Assembly: GCA_050633245.1 (NCBI GenBank)
Contig: JBOEGD010000002.1
Location: forward strand, 182,520-246,519
Reading direction: 5' to 3'
Length of the DNA stretch: 64,000 nucleotides
Origin: Calditrichia bacterium
GTDB taxonomy: Bacteria > Calditrichota > Calditrichia > RBG-13-44-9 > J075
Below the pieces are notes generated by a model that was not told where the DNA came from, searched no databases, and saw nothing but the letters and a program-made list of their open reading frames with translations. Positions 47,970 through 57,864 of the stretch are shown here, one piece after another; the stretch's first letter is position 1, and the number at the start of each line of letters is the position of its first letter. The translations under genes were made by a program, and so were the position numbers.

Positions 47970-49402
47970 TCCCTATCCCGGAGTTTATCCCTTAACAGCT
48001 TATTCAATACCGATGGATCGGCCTTGCCCGCCGTTTCTTTCATCACCTGACCAATAAAATATCCCATTAACTTTTGCTCGCCAGCAAGATATTGCTTTAT
48101 TTGCGACGGGCTATTGTCTAACACCGTATCCACCATCGTTCCAAGAATCGCCGGATCACTAATTTGCGCCAGGCCTTTGCGCTCTACAATATCTGTTGCA
48201 GAGTCGGCGTTACTCAGCATCTCTTCATAAACGGTTTTGGCAATTTTCAGGCTAATCGTCTTATCAGTCACCAGATTCAGTAAGCCTGCCAAGCGTTCTG
48301 AAGAAATCGAAAAGTCTGTAATATCTATTTTATTTTCATTTAACACACGCAGCACGTCACTCATTATCCAGTTACTTGCAAGCTTTGCATCCTTGGACGA
48401 TTCAGTCACCGCTTCAAAAAAGTCTGCCAGTTCTTTTGTTCCTGTAAGAACACCTGAATCGTATTCAGGAATATTGAAATCACGCACAAAACGATCTCTA
48501 CGCGCATGTGGTAATTCCGGCAATTCAGCGGCAAGCGTCTCAACCCAGGCATCCTCAATTACCACAGGTGGTAAATCTGGCTCAGGGAAATAACGATAGT
48601 CATGCGCCTCCTCCTTGCTGCGCATGGTGCGAACCTGTCCGGCATTGGCATCCCAAAGCAAGGTTTCCTGAATAACACGGTCACCATCATTTAACAAACG
48701 CTCCTGGCGGGAAATTTCGTAATTAATTGCCCGTTCAACATTGCGAAATGAATTCATGTTTTTCACTTCGGTCTTTGTACCGAATTCTGAACTTCCAACA
48801 GGTCGGATCGAAACGTTAGCATCACAACGCAGACTACCTTCTTCCATATTGCCGTCACAAATCTCCAGATAAGTCAGAATCTGCTTTATTCCAATCAGAT
48901 AGGCATATGCCTCCTGAGCAGAACGAATATCGGGTTCAGTCACGATCTCTATCAGAGCCACACCGCTGCGGTTCAAATCGACCAGCGTTTCAGCACCAGC
49001 ATCGTGAATTGATTTGCCCGCATCCTCTTCCAGATGGATGCGATTAATACGAATGCGTTGATCTCCTCGCAGCTCGCTAACAACATCCAAATATCCGGCA
49101 GTACAAAATGGGGCCTCAAATTGTGATATCTGGTAGCCTTTCGGCAGATCCGGATAGAAATAATGCTTGCGAGCAAAACGGCTAAAACGCGTAATCTTGC
49201 AGTTAGTTGCCAGTCCCATTTTGACGATGTACTCAACCGCTTTTTCATTCAAAACGGGCAAGACACCCGGCATGCCAAGAACAACCGGATCCGTTTTGGT
49301 ATTTGGTTCTCCACCGAATAATGCCGGAGAACCGCTGAAGACTTTGGATTCGGTTAAAAGCTGCGCGTGAACTTCCAAACCAATTACTGCTTCAAATTTC
49401 AT
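47966..49402 (-). CDS. gatB: Asp-tRNA(Asn)/Glu-tRNA(Gln) amidotransferase subunit B
   Basis: IGLEVHAQL, YFYPDLPKGYQISQ, EEGSLRCDANVS, DYRYFPEPDL. Confidence 0.97.
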   Translation of the reverse strand: MKFEAVIGLEVHAQLLTESKVFSGSPALFGGEPNTKTDPVVLGMPGVLPVLNEKAVEYIVKMGLATNCKITRFSRFARKHYFYPDLPKGYQISQFEAPFCTAGYLDVVSELRGDQRIRINRIHLEEDAGKSIHDAGAETLVDLNRSGVALIEIVTEPDIRSAQEAYAYLIGIKQILTYLEICDGNMEEGSLRCDANVSIRPVGSSEFGTKTEVKNMNSFRNVERAINYEISRQERLLNDGDRVIQETLLWDANAGQVRTMRSKEEAHDYRYFPEPDLPPVVIEDAWVETLAAELPELPHARRDRFVRDFNIPEYDSGVLTGTKELADFFEAVTESSKDAKLASNWIMSDVLRVLNENKIDITDFSISSERLAGLLNLVTDKTISLKIAKTVYEEMLSNADSATDIVERKGLAQISDPAILGTMVDTVLDNSPSQIKQYLAGEQKLMGYFIGQVMKETAGKADPSVLNKLLRDKLRDRE

Positions 49403-49544
49403 AGATCATCCCATAGAGTTGCAGATCGGAAGGAAGGAATTAACATTCCAGTCCGAATCGAATATAGAGTCCGGGGAGACTCTGAATATTGATACAGAGC
49501 ACCGGATTTTAATAGCAATACTAAGCAGTGTATTTTTGGGGAGT

Positions 49545-50960
49545 TTATAGTGATTCCAGCAACGCTGCAGCCTGAAACAACAGCTTTTCCTGAAATGCCC
49601 CGGCAAGTAATTGCACACCATAAGGCATTTCACCAGCTGTCGTTTTTACAGGCAAACTAAGCGCACAAATCCCTGCAAGGTTCGCGGTCACGGTATAAAT
49701 ATCCTGCAAATACATTTCAAGTGGATCGCTGACCTTATCACCCAGCGTAAAAGCTCTTCCAGGTGTTGTGGGCGTGAGCAGAACATCTACGTCCTGAAAG
49801 GCTTGTTGATATTCTTCACTTATCAGGCGTCTCACCTGCTGTGCTTTCTTATAATACGCATCATAATAGCCGGAGGAAAGAACATATGTGCCAAGCATTA
49901 TCCGACGCTTGACCTCAACACCAAATCCTTCGCTACGGCTTTTTTCATACATATTTTGTAAGCCTTTAACATCTTCCGAGCGATGTCCATAGCGAACCCC
50001 GTCATAGCGAGAAAGATTTGAGGATGCCTCGGCTGTTGCGATAATATAGTACGTGGCAATAGCATATTCCGTCAGCGAGAGGGAAAGATCTTTTACCTCA
50101 GCTCCCTGCGTCTTTAGCCTCTCGATGGTTTTTACTAATCCCAGTCGGATTTCCGGATCGAGACCTTCTTCATAGAACTCACGAGGAATACCAACTCGCA
50201 GTTTTTTGGCATCTGACGGTACTATCGGGAATAACTCTGGAACGTCTTCTGCGCTGCATGTAGCATCTTTAAGATCGGCTCCGGCAATCGTTTGCAGCAA
50301 GAGTGCACTTCCCACGACACTTTTGGAAAAAGGACCAATCTGATCGAGTGAAGAAGCAAATGCCACAAGTCCGTAGCGTGAAACGCGTCCATAGCTCGGT
50401 TTCATTCCAACAATTCCGCAAAAGGAAGCGGGCTGGCGAATTGAACCACCAGTGTCGCTACCAAGAGCAAGATCCGTCATTCCAGCTGCAACGGCAACGG
50501 CAGAACCACCACTGGAGCCACCGGGAACGCGGAATTTATCATGAGGATTTAGAGCGGGACCAAAGGCAGAATTTTCCGTTGAAGATCCCATTGCAAATTC
50601 ATCAAGGTTTGTTTTGCCGATAATAATGCCATCTGCAGCCAGGATTTTCTGCGCAACAGTAGCACTGTACGGACTTACAAAGTCTTCTAATATTTTAGAC
50701 CCACAGGTCGTTTTTTGGTTCTCGAGACAGATATTGTCTTTCAGAGCGATGACTAATCCGGCTAGTGGGCCCAGTGTTTCACCAGCATCACGTCGCGCAT
50801 CCAAATCTTTCGCCGCTGCGCGTGCTTCATCTGCATAGACAGTAAGAAAGGCATTGAGTGAACGTTTTTCCTCAATGACTTGCAAAAAATTGTATACCCT
50901 GTCCAACATATGAATTTCGCCTTTTTTAAAGGCTGTTTGAATATCGACGATCGAACTCAC
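49545..50960 (-). CDS. gatA: Amidotransferase subunit A
   Basis: KDN, GKTNLDEFAMGSS, PGGSSGGS, GSDTGGSIRQPA. Confidence 0.97.
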   Translation of the reverse strand: MSSIVDIQTAFKKGEIHMLDRVYNFLQVIEEKRSLNAFLTVYADEARAAAKDLDARRDAGETLGPLAGLVIALKDNICLENQKTTCGSKILEDFVSPYSATVAQKILAADGIIIGKTNLDEFAMGSSTENSAFGPALNPHDKFRVPGGSSGGSAVAVAAGMTDLALGSDTGGSIRQPASFCGIVGMKPSYGRVSRYGLVAFASSLDQIGPFSKSVVGSALLLQTIAGADLKDATCSAEDVPELFPIVPSDAKKLRVGIPREFYEEGLDPEIRLGLVKTIERLKTQGAEVKDLSLSLTEYAIATYYIIATAEASSNLSRYDGVRYGHRSEDVKGLQNMYEKSRSEGFGVEVKRRIMLGTYVLSSGYYDAYYKKAQQVRRLISEEYQQAFQDVDVLLTPTTPGRAFTLGDKVSDPLEMYLQDIYTVTANLAGICALSLPVKTTAGEMPYGVQLLAGAFQEKLLFQAAALLESL

Positions 50961-50974
50961 GCAAAAATCCTCTC

Positions 50975-51030
50975 AAAAAAGAAATAAAAAAGAAGGCCCA
51001 TATCTTCTGCAATAGCAAAAGAAACGGGCC
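50975..51030 (-). terminator. Intrinsic terminator after tatA
   Basis: GGCCCGTTTCTTTTGC / GCAGAAGATATGGGCC stem followed by long U runs on the minus strand. Confidence 0.65.
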
Positions 51031-51078
51031 AATTGGCCTGCAAAAGAAGAGCAGGAACTATCGTTTCAGATCTGCTTC

Positions 51079-51306
51079 TCAGGCATCTTTTGAAGAATTA
51101 CCGTCACTGCTTTCAGAGCGCTGTTGCGGACGATCATCGATCTTATCCAGATCAAACTCGTCTTTTAATCCCTGAGTAGCACGCTTAAACTCTTTAATCG
51201 AGCTGCCAAGCGACTTTGCCAATTCCGGCAAACGCTTAGCGCCAAAGAGTACGATAATCATCATAAAAATAATAATAAGTTCTGTTGGGCCCATTCCAAA
51301 TGGCAT
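51079..51306 (-). CDS. tatA: Twin-arginine translocase TatA/E
   Basis: GPTELIII...LFGAKRLPELAKSLG...FK. Confidence 0.95.
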   Translation of the reverse strand: MPFGMGPTELIIIFMMIIVLFGAKRLPELAKSLGSSIKEFKRATQGLKDEFDLDKIDDRPQQRSESSDGNSSKDA

Positions 51307-51337
51307 ATCAATTCTCCTTAAAGGAAATTTTCTTTCT

Positions 51338-51601
51338 TTAGTCTATCCACCTTAAAAAATAGGCAAGCAAAAAGATACCCACAACCCCAATTATATTAAA
51401 ATTGATTTTGAGGCCAAAAGTGAGCTTTAAAATCCCCAGATCCAAGGTGCTTGGCTCAATGCCAAAAGGCCAGGACTGTAAAAAGAACTGTTTCACCACA
51501 CCAACCGGCAAGACAATTCCGATAGCGTTGCCAAGCACGCTACCTACAACTCCGCCCATAATAATAATAAACACATAATACGCAAGACTCTTTTTCTTCA
51601 T
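51338..51601 (-). CDS. DUF4321-like small membrane protein
   Basis: Two TM segments; LDLGILKLTFGLKINFNI. Confidence 0.75.
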   Translation of the reverse strand: MKKKSLAYYVFIIIMGGVVGSVLGNAIGIVLPVGVVKQFFLQSWPFGIEPSTLDLGILKLTFGLKINFNIIGVVGIFLLAYFLRWID

Positions 51602-51617
51602 GGGAGTTCCAATCTGA

Positions 51618-52295
51618 CTATTGGATTAACGATTCGAAAATTTTTCTCCCATCGCTCGATCCCAAAAGCGATTCCATAGCCCTCTCCGGGTGTGGCATCA
51701 TGCCCAACACATTACCACGCTTATTTATAATACCGGCAATATTATTCACTGATCCGTTAGGATTTGCTGCGATATTTACATTTCCATCCGCATCACAATA
51801 GCGAAATACAACCTGATTATTGTCTTCCAATTCTTTTACCGAATCGACATCACAAAAATAACGGCCTTCACCATGCGCAATCGGAATGTGTAGCGGCTGC
51901 TTACCAGTTACTGCACGGGTAAAACGAGTATCTCCATTTTCGCATGAAAGATGCACATATTTGCATACGAAGCGCAGTTTTTCATTGCGCAAAAGCGCTC
52001 CGGGAAGCAGGTCGGCCTCGGCAAGGATTTGAAATCCATTACACACACCGATTACCGGTTTGCCACTTTCTGCGGCCTTTTTTACAGCCTTTATGATGGG
52101 TGAGAAGCGGGCAATTGCACCACAGCGCAAATAGTCTCCATACGAAAAGCCACCCGGCAGCGTAATTAAATCATATGAATCCAGATTGTCTGTTTTATGC
52201 CAGACATACTCCGGTGAGGCATCCATTAACTTTAGCGCCTCGAACATATCATGATCACAGTTTGAGCCGGGAAAAACTACTACAGCAGACTTCAT
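51618..52295 (-). CDS. purQ: FGAM synthase glutaminase subunit
   Basis: [31 protein letters not shown]. Confidence 0.97.
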   Translation of the reverse strand: MKSAVVVFPGSNCDHDMFEALKLMDASPEYVWHKTDNLDSYDLITLPGGFSYGDYLRCGAIARFSPIIKAVKKAAESGKPVIGVCNGFQILAEADLLPGALLRNEKLRFVCKYVHLSCENGDTRFTRAVTGKQPLHIPIAHGEGRYFCDVDSVKELEDNNQVVFRYCDADGNVNIAANPNGSVNNIAGIINKRGNVLGMMPHPERAMESLLGSSDGRKIFESLIQ

Positions 52296-52543
52296 TTCGC
52301 ATCTCCGCCATAAATAATCTCATAGTCTTCCATCACGGTATTGGCCAATAATTTTTCGCTGGCTTCCCGTACAATGCGCTCAACTTCAGATTTATCATCA
52401 CTATCCACATCAAGCTCAATTAGCCGTCCTATGCGCACGCTATTGATACTGTCGTAACCCAACTGATGCAGTGCGTTGTTAACGGTTTTGCCCTGCGGGT
52501 CGAGGATACTGGATTTTAAGCGAACCTTTACTGCAACCTTCAT
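52292..52543 (-). CDS. purS: FGAM synthase subunit PurS
   Basis: [19 protein letters not shown]. Confidence 0.95.
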   Translation of the reverse strand: MKVAVKVRLKSSILDPQGKTVNNALHQLGYDSINSVRIGRLIELDVDSDDKSEVERIVREASEKLLANTVMEDYEIIYGGDAK

Positions 52544-53286
52544 TATTCTTCCTCAGCATTATCAGACGTTTCATTGTCGGGGGAATTTAATATCTTCCAG
52601 AGCTGTCTTACAAGTCCGGAAAAAACATAAATCACTGAGAGCGGGAAAAATGCCTCATTGGGGAAAAGCGTTACCAGGATAACGCAAGCAATTACCGTTA
52701 ATATCTTTATGCGCTGCGCACGGTTGCTCTTCAGCGAGAAGTTAGGCATTTTTTCATAACGAATACTGGTAATCATCATTACGGAGACAAACAGAATAAT
52801 AACCAGAATAATACGTGTTTCAACAAGCGTATTGAGTGCCTCCGGATAACGCACGTTCAACAGAACAAATGTGGCAATTGCCATAGCGGAAGCGGGAATT
52901 GGAATCCCCTTAAAGAAATCTTTATCGAATCCCACAAGGCTGGTATTAAAACGCGCTAAACGCACAGTACCAAAGACCAATGGCATAAAGCTGATAAATA
53001 CGCCAACCTGTCCCCAGGTTTGAAAATAGAAAAAATAAGCAAGTGCTGAGGGAGCAAAGCCAAAAGAAACCACATCTGCCATGGAATCGTACTGCACACC
53101 AAACTCGGTTGAAGCATCGGCGAGGCGAGCAAGCTTTCCATCGAGAGCATCCAAAATAGCGGCTGCAACAATCAAAGCTGCAGCCTGGCGAAACTCACCA
53201 TGTGCAGCCTGAAGCGTGGCAAGAAAACCACAAAACATGTTGGCCATTGTAAAAAAGCCCGGAACTATTCCGCGATTTACACGCAC
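52543..53286 (-). CDS. pssA: CDP-diacylglycerol--serine O-phosphatidyltransferase
   Basis: DALDGKLAR...FGVQYDSMADVVSFG, RLARFN. Confidence 0.93.
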   Translation of the reverse strand: MRVNRGIVPGFFTMANMFCGFLATLQAAHGEFRQAAALIVAAAILDALDGKLARLADASTEFGVQYDSMADVVSFGFAPSALAYFFYFQTWGQVGVFISFMPLVFGTVRLARFNTSLVGFDKDFFKGIPIPASAMAIATFVLLNVRYPEALNTLVETRIILVIILFVSVMMITSIRYEKMPNFSLKSNRAQRIKILTVIACVILVTLFPNEAFFPLSVIYVFSGLVRQLWKILNSPDNETSDNAEEE

Positions 53287-53317
53287 GGTTTCCCCTTCGT
53301 ATTAAGCGTCTTAATTA

Positions 53318-54046
53318 TCAGCTTCCCGGAAGCTCGCCTTGCGGCATTTCAACCAGTCTTTCCTGCTCTCTGGCCAGGTCTTTTTCATCGGGGAACGTAG
53401 CAAGTATGGATTCACCGGCACGCACCTTCTGACCAACCTTTACCTGAATTTTGGCATCAAAGGGCACAAATACATCAACTCGACTTCCATAGCGAATCAT
53501 GCCCATTCGCTCACCGGCATTTGTCCACTGACCTTCTTTTAGATTGCAAATAATGCGGCGGGCAATCAATCCGGCGATCTGCTTAAAAAGCACTCGCTGG
53601 CCAGATTGCATACTGATACCAATTGCGGTCTGTTCATTATCAATCGAGGCTTTTTCCTTAAATGCTGCCAGAAACTTTCCCGGATGATATGCAAAATAGT
53701 CGACAGTGCCCGAGATAGGAGAGCGATTGACGTGCACATTAAAAACGGACAGAAAAATGCTTATCCGCTGAACCTTATTGTTAAAATACTCAGGCTCGGT
53801 AACATGGGTAACATCGACCACCTTGCCATCGCCGGGAGCAATAACTGCCAGTTCATTCTTTGGTGCTCGTCTATTGGGATCTCGGAAGAAGTAGAGATTA
53901 AAAACCACAAATACCGCCAGTATCCAAACCAGCGTAGAGGTTATAGCGTGCGGGAAAAAGTAATTCAGACCAAATACAAGTGCGAGCAATACAAATGAGC
54001 CAATAACAAGCCCCATACCATCTTTTGCAACCAAAACATTCTCCAA
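53318..54046 (-). CDS. psd: Phosphatidylserine decarboxylase (short type)
   Basis: FFRDP, IFLSVFNVHVNRSP, QIAGLIARRI, YGSRVD cleavage site. Confidence 0.95.
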   Translation of the reverse strand: MENVLVAKDGMGLVIGSFVLLALVFGLNYFFPHAITSTLVWILAVFVVFNLYFFRDPNRRAPKNELAVIAPGDGKVVDVTHVTEPEYFNNKVQRISIFLSVFNVHVNRSPISGTVDYFAYHPGKFLAAFKEKASIDNEQTAIGISMQSGQRVLFKQIAGLIARRIICNLKEGQWTNAGERMGMIRYGSRVDVFVPFDAKIQVKVGQKVRAGESILATFPDEKDLAREQERLVEMPQGELPGS

Positions 54047-54172
54047 TATACAATCTAATGGGCCAGCACCCGACCAGAGCGAACTCCAAATCGGATGCTT
54101 AAATCTTCGTTAGGTTGTCAATGTACGCGAATGGAACATTATTTCCAACGTCAGCGACGAATAAAAGAGAAC

Positions 54173-54868
54173 TTATGAGCCTAAAATGCGGCTTTTCAGA
54201 TCTTCCATGACTTTAATCGTCTTTTTGGACTCATCAATTTTGTCAAAATTACCATTGTCTTTCAACGGCCAGAGACGCATCGTATCAAGAGAAACCTCGT
54301 CTGCAAGCATTACCTGACCATTCTGACGACCAAACTCGATCTCAAAACTCACCAGTTGCAGCTGCTTGCGTCCGAAGAAGGATTTCAGCACAGCATTTAC
54401 TTTGGTAGCAATACGCATAATGCTGGTCATATCTTTGCGATCACAGAGTCCCAACGCATAGGCATGATATTCATTGATCATTGGACGCTCGCCCTTCTCG
54501 TCCTTGTAGTACATTTCCACGATCGGAAATTCCAGAACTTTACCTTCTTCAATATTGAAACGTTCTGCCAGTTCTTTGGATGCCAGGTTGTAAACGGCAA
54601 TAACGATCGGAATCATTTCCAGGCGTTTGGCGACAAAGCTCTTTGCATCATGGAGCTTGGAGAAATGAGTTGGTACATTGTAGCTTTCGAGATATTCGAA
54701 CATGTAGGCAGAAATGGCGTTATTTAGTTCTGCTTTGCCGTTCATCGAGCTTTTCTTTTTTCCATTTGCAGATACGGTGTCAGAGAATTCTACAACAGCC
54801 TGTTCAGCATTATTGGTAGAGTACACCTTTTTAACAGATCCCTGCACTAAAACGTCTTTAATTTCCAC
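54173..54868 (-). CDS. purC: SAICAR synthetase-like protein with a degenerate active site
   Basis: PurC fold along the whole length (KKVYST, NNAIS, VPTHF, EFG, LADE...RLW) but many catalytic residues substituted; GGAGG RBS with GTG start. Confidence 0.8.
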   Translation of the reverse strand: MEIKDVLVQGSVKKVYSTNNAEQAVVEFSDTVSANGKKKSSMNGKAELNNAISAYMFEYLESYNVPTHFSKLHDAKSFVAKRLEMIPIVIAVYNLASKELAERFNIEEGKVLEFPIVEMYYKDEKGERPMINEYHAYALGLCDRKDMTSIMRIATKVNAVLKSFFGRKQLQLVSFEIEFGRQNGQVMLADEVSLDTMRLWPLKDNGNFDKIDESKKTIKVMEDLKSRILGS

Positions 54869-54888
54869 GAGTTTACTACCTCCGGGGG

Positions 54889-56184
54889 TTATTCTAATTC
54901 CAGTCTTTCAAAGACCACTTTTATATTCTTTAATCTATTTTCCAGGTTACAAATGTCGCGTAGTTTTTCTTCCGGAATATGGCTAAGCACTTCTTCATCC
55001 TTGCAGAGTTCTTCCAGCAACGTTGTCTTATTGTGATATACTTCCAGTGCATTACGCTGTACCAGTCGGTAGGCATCTTCCCGACTGACTCCCTGATCGA
55101 TGAGATTGAGCAGGATGGATTGTGAGAAGACCAGTCCGCGAGTCGATTCCAGATTGCGCATCATGCGATCGGTATTTACCTGCATACCATCCAGCACAAA
55201 ACGAGTTTTTTCCAGCATATAATATAGGGTAATCGTCGCATCCGGGACAATAACCCGCTCCACAGAGGAGTGTGAGATATCGCGTTCATGCCACAAAGCA
55301 ACGTTTTCGAGCGCTGCCATGGCGTGCCCGCGCAGCAACCTGGCCATGCCGGTAATCCGTTCCGTAACAATAGGATTCTTCTTATGTGGCATTGCAGACG
55401 AGCCTTTTTGTGAAGAACCAAAGGGCTCTTCCACTTCCAGAACCTCAGTGCGCTGTAAATGACGTATTTCCGTAGCGATTTTCTCAAGTGAAGCAGCAAT
55501 TACTGCCAAAGTAGACAGATACTCAGCATGGCGATCGCGCTGCAAAATCTGCGTTGATACCGCCGCAGCCTTCAAATCAAGTTTTTCGCAAACATATTCT
55601 TCTACAAACGGTTCCATGTGAGCGAAAGTGCCTACAGCACCGGAGATTTTTCCCACAGAGATTGTTTCGATTGCGCGAATAAGCCGCTCGCGGTTACGCA
55701 ACATCTCAGAATAAAGCACGGCAAGTTTAAATCCAAATGTTAGCGGCTCAGCATGAACACCATGCGACCGCCCAACCATTACGGCATCCTTGTAAACAAC
55801 GGACTGCTTTTTTAACACCTCTATAACGCTGTCTAATTTTGTTAGAATAAGCTCACCAGCCTGCTTCATCTGTACTGAAAGCGTGGTATCGAGGATATCA
55901 GAAGACGTCATCCCGTAATGTATATAGCGTGCCGGTTCCCCAACATATTCTGCCACATTGGTTAGAAAGGCAATAACATCATGATGAATTTCGGCTTCGA
56001 TTTCCAGTATGCGCTTCACATCGAAATTGGCTTTTTCACGAATAACTTTTACTGCTTCAGCAGGAACCTTGCCCTGTTTTGCCTGGGCTTCGCAGGCAAG
56101 AATCTCAATCTCAAGCCAGATGCGAAACCGGTTTTCGTCTTCCCAGATTGAACCAATCTCGGGAAGCGTATATCGTTCTATCAT
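54889..56184 (-). CDS. purB: Adenylosuccinate lyase
   Basis: MIERY, HYGMTSSD, GRSHGVHAEP, GSSAMPHKKNP. Confidence 0.97.
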   Translation of the reverse strand: MIERYTLPEIGSIWEDENRFRIWLEIEILACEAQAKQGKVPAEAVKVIREKANFDVKRILEIEAEIHHDVIAFLTNVAEYVGEPARYIHYGMTSSDILDTTLSVQMKQAGELILTKLDSVIEVLKKQSVVYKDAVMVGRSHGVHAEPLTFGFKLAVLYSEMLRNRERLIRAIETISVGKISGAVGTFAHMEPFVEEYVCEKLDLKAAAVSTQILQRDRHAEYLSTLAVIAASLEKIATEIRHLQRTEVLEVEEPFGSSQKGSSAMPHKKNPIVTERITGMARLLRGHAMAALENVALWHERDISHSSVERVIVPDATITLYYMLEKTRFVLDGMQVNTDRMMRNLESTRGLVFSQSILLNLIDQGVSREDAYRLVQRNALEVYHNKTTLLEELCKDEEVLSHIPEEKLRDICNLENRLKNIKVVFERLELE

Positions 56185-56192
56185 CGGTGCAA

Positions 56193-56837
56193 TTATCCTT
56201 GTGATTTCTTGTAATCGCTGAGGAATTTTTCGAGTCCACTATCTGTAAGCGGGTGTTTAAAAATCTGACCTAAGATTTTCGCCGGAACGGTACAGACATC
56301 AGCACCAATCAACGCTGCGTGAACCATATGCATGGCACTGCGAACACTGGCAACCAAGATCTCTGTTTCATAGCCATAATTGCCGTAAATCTGTGCTACT
56401 TGCTGGATGAGCTCCATACCATTTGTGCTGATATCATCGAGTCGGCCAACGAATGGACTCACATAAGTGCCGCCGGCCTTTGCAACCAGCAGGGCCTGCA
56501 TGGGAGAAAAAACGAGCGTCATGTTTACTTTTACGCCATCACTGGAAAGAACTTTACAGGCTTTGATGCCATCTTCCGTTGTGGGAAGTTTGATGACGAT
56601 ATTATCGGCAATCTTTACTAATTCTTCAGCTTCTTTTAACATTGCATCTTTTTCGGTCGCAATAACCTCTGCGGATACCGGTCCATCGACAATTTTGCAG
56701 ATTTCCTGCATGATTTTCCGAGGGTCCCCTTTTTCACGTGCCAACAAAGAAGGATTAGTAGTTACACCATCAAGGATGCCCATTTCGGCAACCTGCTTAA
56801 TCTCATCCAGATTTGCTGTATCAATAAAAAACTTCAT
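56193..56837 (-). CDS. tal: Transaldolase (TalC/FSA family)
   Basis: [19 protein letters not shown] (Glu), VIKLP, SPFVGR (Phe); Glu+Phe is the transaldolase-type pairing. Confidence 0.92.
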   Translation of the reverse strand: MKFFIDTANLDEIKQVAEMGILDGVTTNPSLLAREKGDPRKIMQEICKIVDGPVSAEVIATEKDAMLKEAEELVKIADNIVIKLPTTEDGIKACKVLSSDGVKVNMTLVFSPMQALLVAKAGGTYVSPFVGRLDDISTNGMELIQQVAQIYGNYGYETEILVASVRSAMHMVHAALIGADVCTVPAKILGQIFKHPLTDSGLEKFLSDYKKSQG

Positions 56838-56971
56838 GAGAAACTCCTTTTGCTTAGCATAATAGGCGCATTGGCAGTGCTACGCTCTTTTTCTGATAGC
56901 CTGTAATATAATACCAAAAACCGCGATTTCGACGTGGGGTAAAAAATATTCTTTTTGTGGGCAAAATAATA

Positions 56972-57020
56972 GGTGATCGGTGATCGGTGATCGGTGATCG
57001 GTGATCGGTGATCGGTGATC
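56972..57020. repeat. Perfect tandem repeat (GGTGATC)x7
   Basis: Read directly; in the truA-tal intergenic region. Confidence 0.98.
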
Positions 57021-57101
57021 GGGAAAGATAAAGGCAATGAGGCCATTTCTCAATGCTTCTGCCTGTGTCTCACCGTTTCTCACCATCTTTTTGCCTCTCG
57101 T

Positions 57102-57122
57102 TCTGTGTTCTGTATTCTGTTC
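57102..57122. repeat. Degenerate heptamer repeat TCTGTGT x3
   Basis: TCTGTGT TCTGTAT TCTGTTC immediately after the truA stop. Confidence 0.65.
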
Positions 57123-57123
57123 A

Positions 57124-57864
57124 TTAATACCACACTTCCTCAAACACCAATCCTTTTGCCGGTGCCGCCATGCCGGCCTTGCGTCGATCCTGCGAATCGA
57201 GAATCGCCTGAAATTCATCTACTGTAAAGCGCCCACGGGCCGTATCGATGATGGTACCCACAATCGTGCGCACCATTCCATGCAGAAAGCGATTTGCCGC
57301 TACGCGATATATCCAGCCGAAGTCATCCACTTGACGCCAATGAGATTCTGTGATAATACAGCGCTTATGATCTACCTCTGCCCGGTTTCGTGCAAAGGCT
57401 CCGAAATCGTGATTGCCGATCAAACGCCCGGCCAGTGGGTTTAAGAGTGAGCTGTCGAAAGGCTGCGGTACATACCACACGAAGTTGCGGCGAAGCGAGT
57501 TGGGCGATGTTACCACATAATAATGATACACCCGTCCTTTGGCAGAAAATCGCGCATGAAAAGCCTCATCTTCTTCTTCGACAGACAAAATGGCCATATC
57601 TTGCGGCAGATGATGATTCAGTCCATGCCGGAGCTTATGTAAAGACAAGGGCGAAGCAATTTTTACGCTAATGACCTGACCACGAGCATGAACACCGGCA
57701 TCGGTACGACCGGCCGCATAGACACGCTTCTTCTCGCCGGTAAGGGCTTCAATTGCCTCTTCAAGCTTTTGCTGAACAGAAATATGATCCGTTTGACACT
57801 GCCAGCCATGATATGCGGTGCCATCATAATCCATCGTCAGTTTTATATTCCTAACCGCACTCAT
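57124..57864 (-). CDS. truA: tRNA pseudouridine(38-40) synthase
   Basis: YDGTAYHGWQ, AGRTDAGVHA, FHARFSA, FLHGMVR. Confidence 0.96.
   Translation of the reverse strand: MSAVRNIKLTMDYDGTAYHGWQCQTDHISVQQKLEEAIEALTGEKKRVYAAGRTDAGVHARGQVISVKIASPLSLHKLRHGLNHHLPQDMAILSVEEEDEAFHARFSAKGRVYHYYVVTSPNSLRRNFVWYVPQPFDSSLLNPLAGRLIGNHDFGAFARNRAEVDHKRCIITESHWRQVDDFGWIYRVAANRFLHGMVRTIVGTIIDTARGRFTVDEFQAILDSQDRRKAGMAAPAKGLVFEEVWY

Noticed and set aside
47966-56837. Mixed pur/phospholipid/tat/gat gene run as a novel system; gatC and purL missing
   Set aside because: These are housekeeping genes, I recall similar order in FCB-group genomes, and split gatC or purL is common
56834-57227. ORFs with PITDHRS repeats
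   Set aside because: Artefacts of translating the GGTGATC array; no RBS or family resemblance
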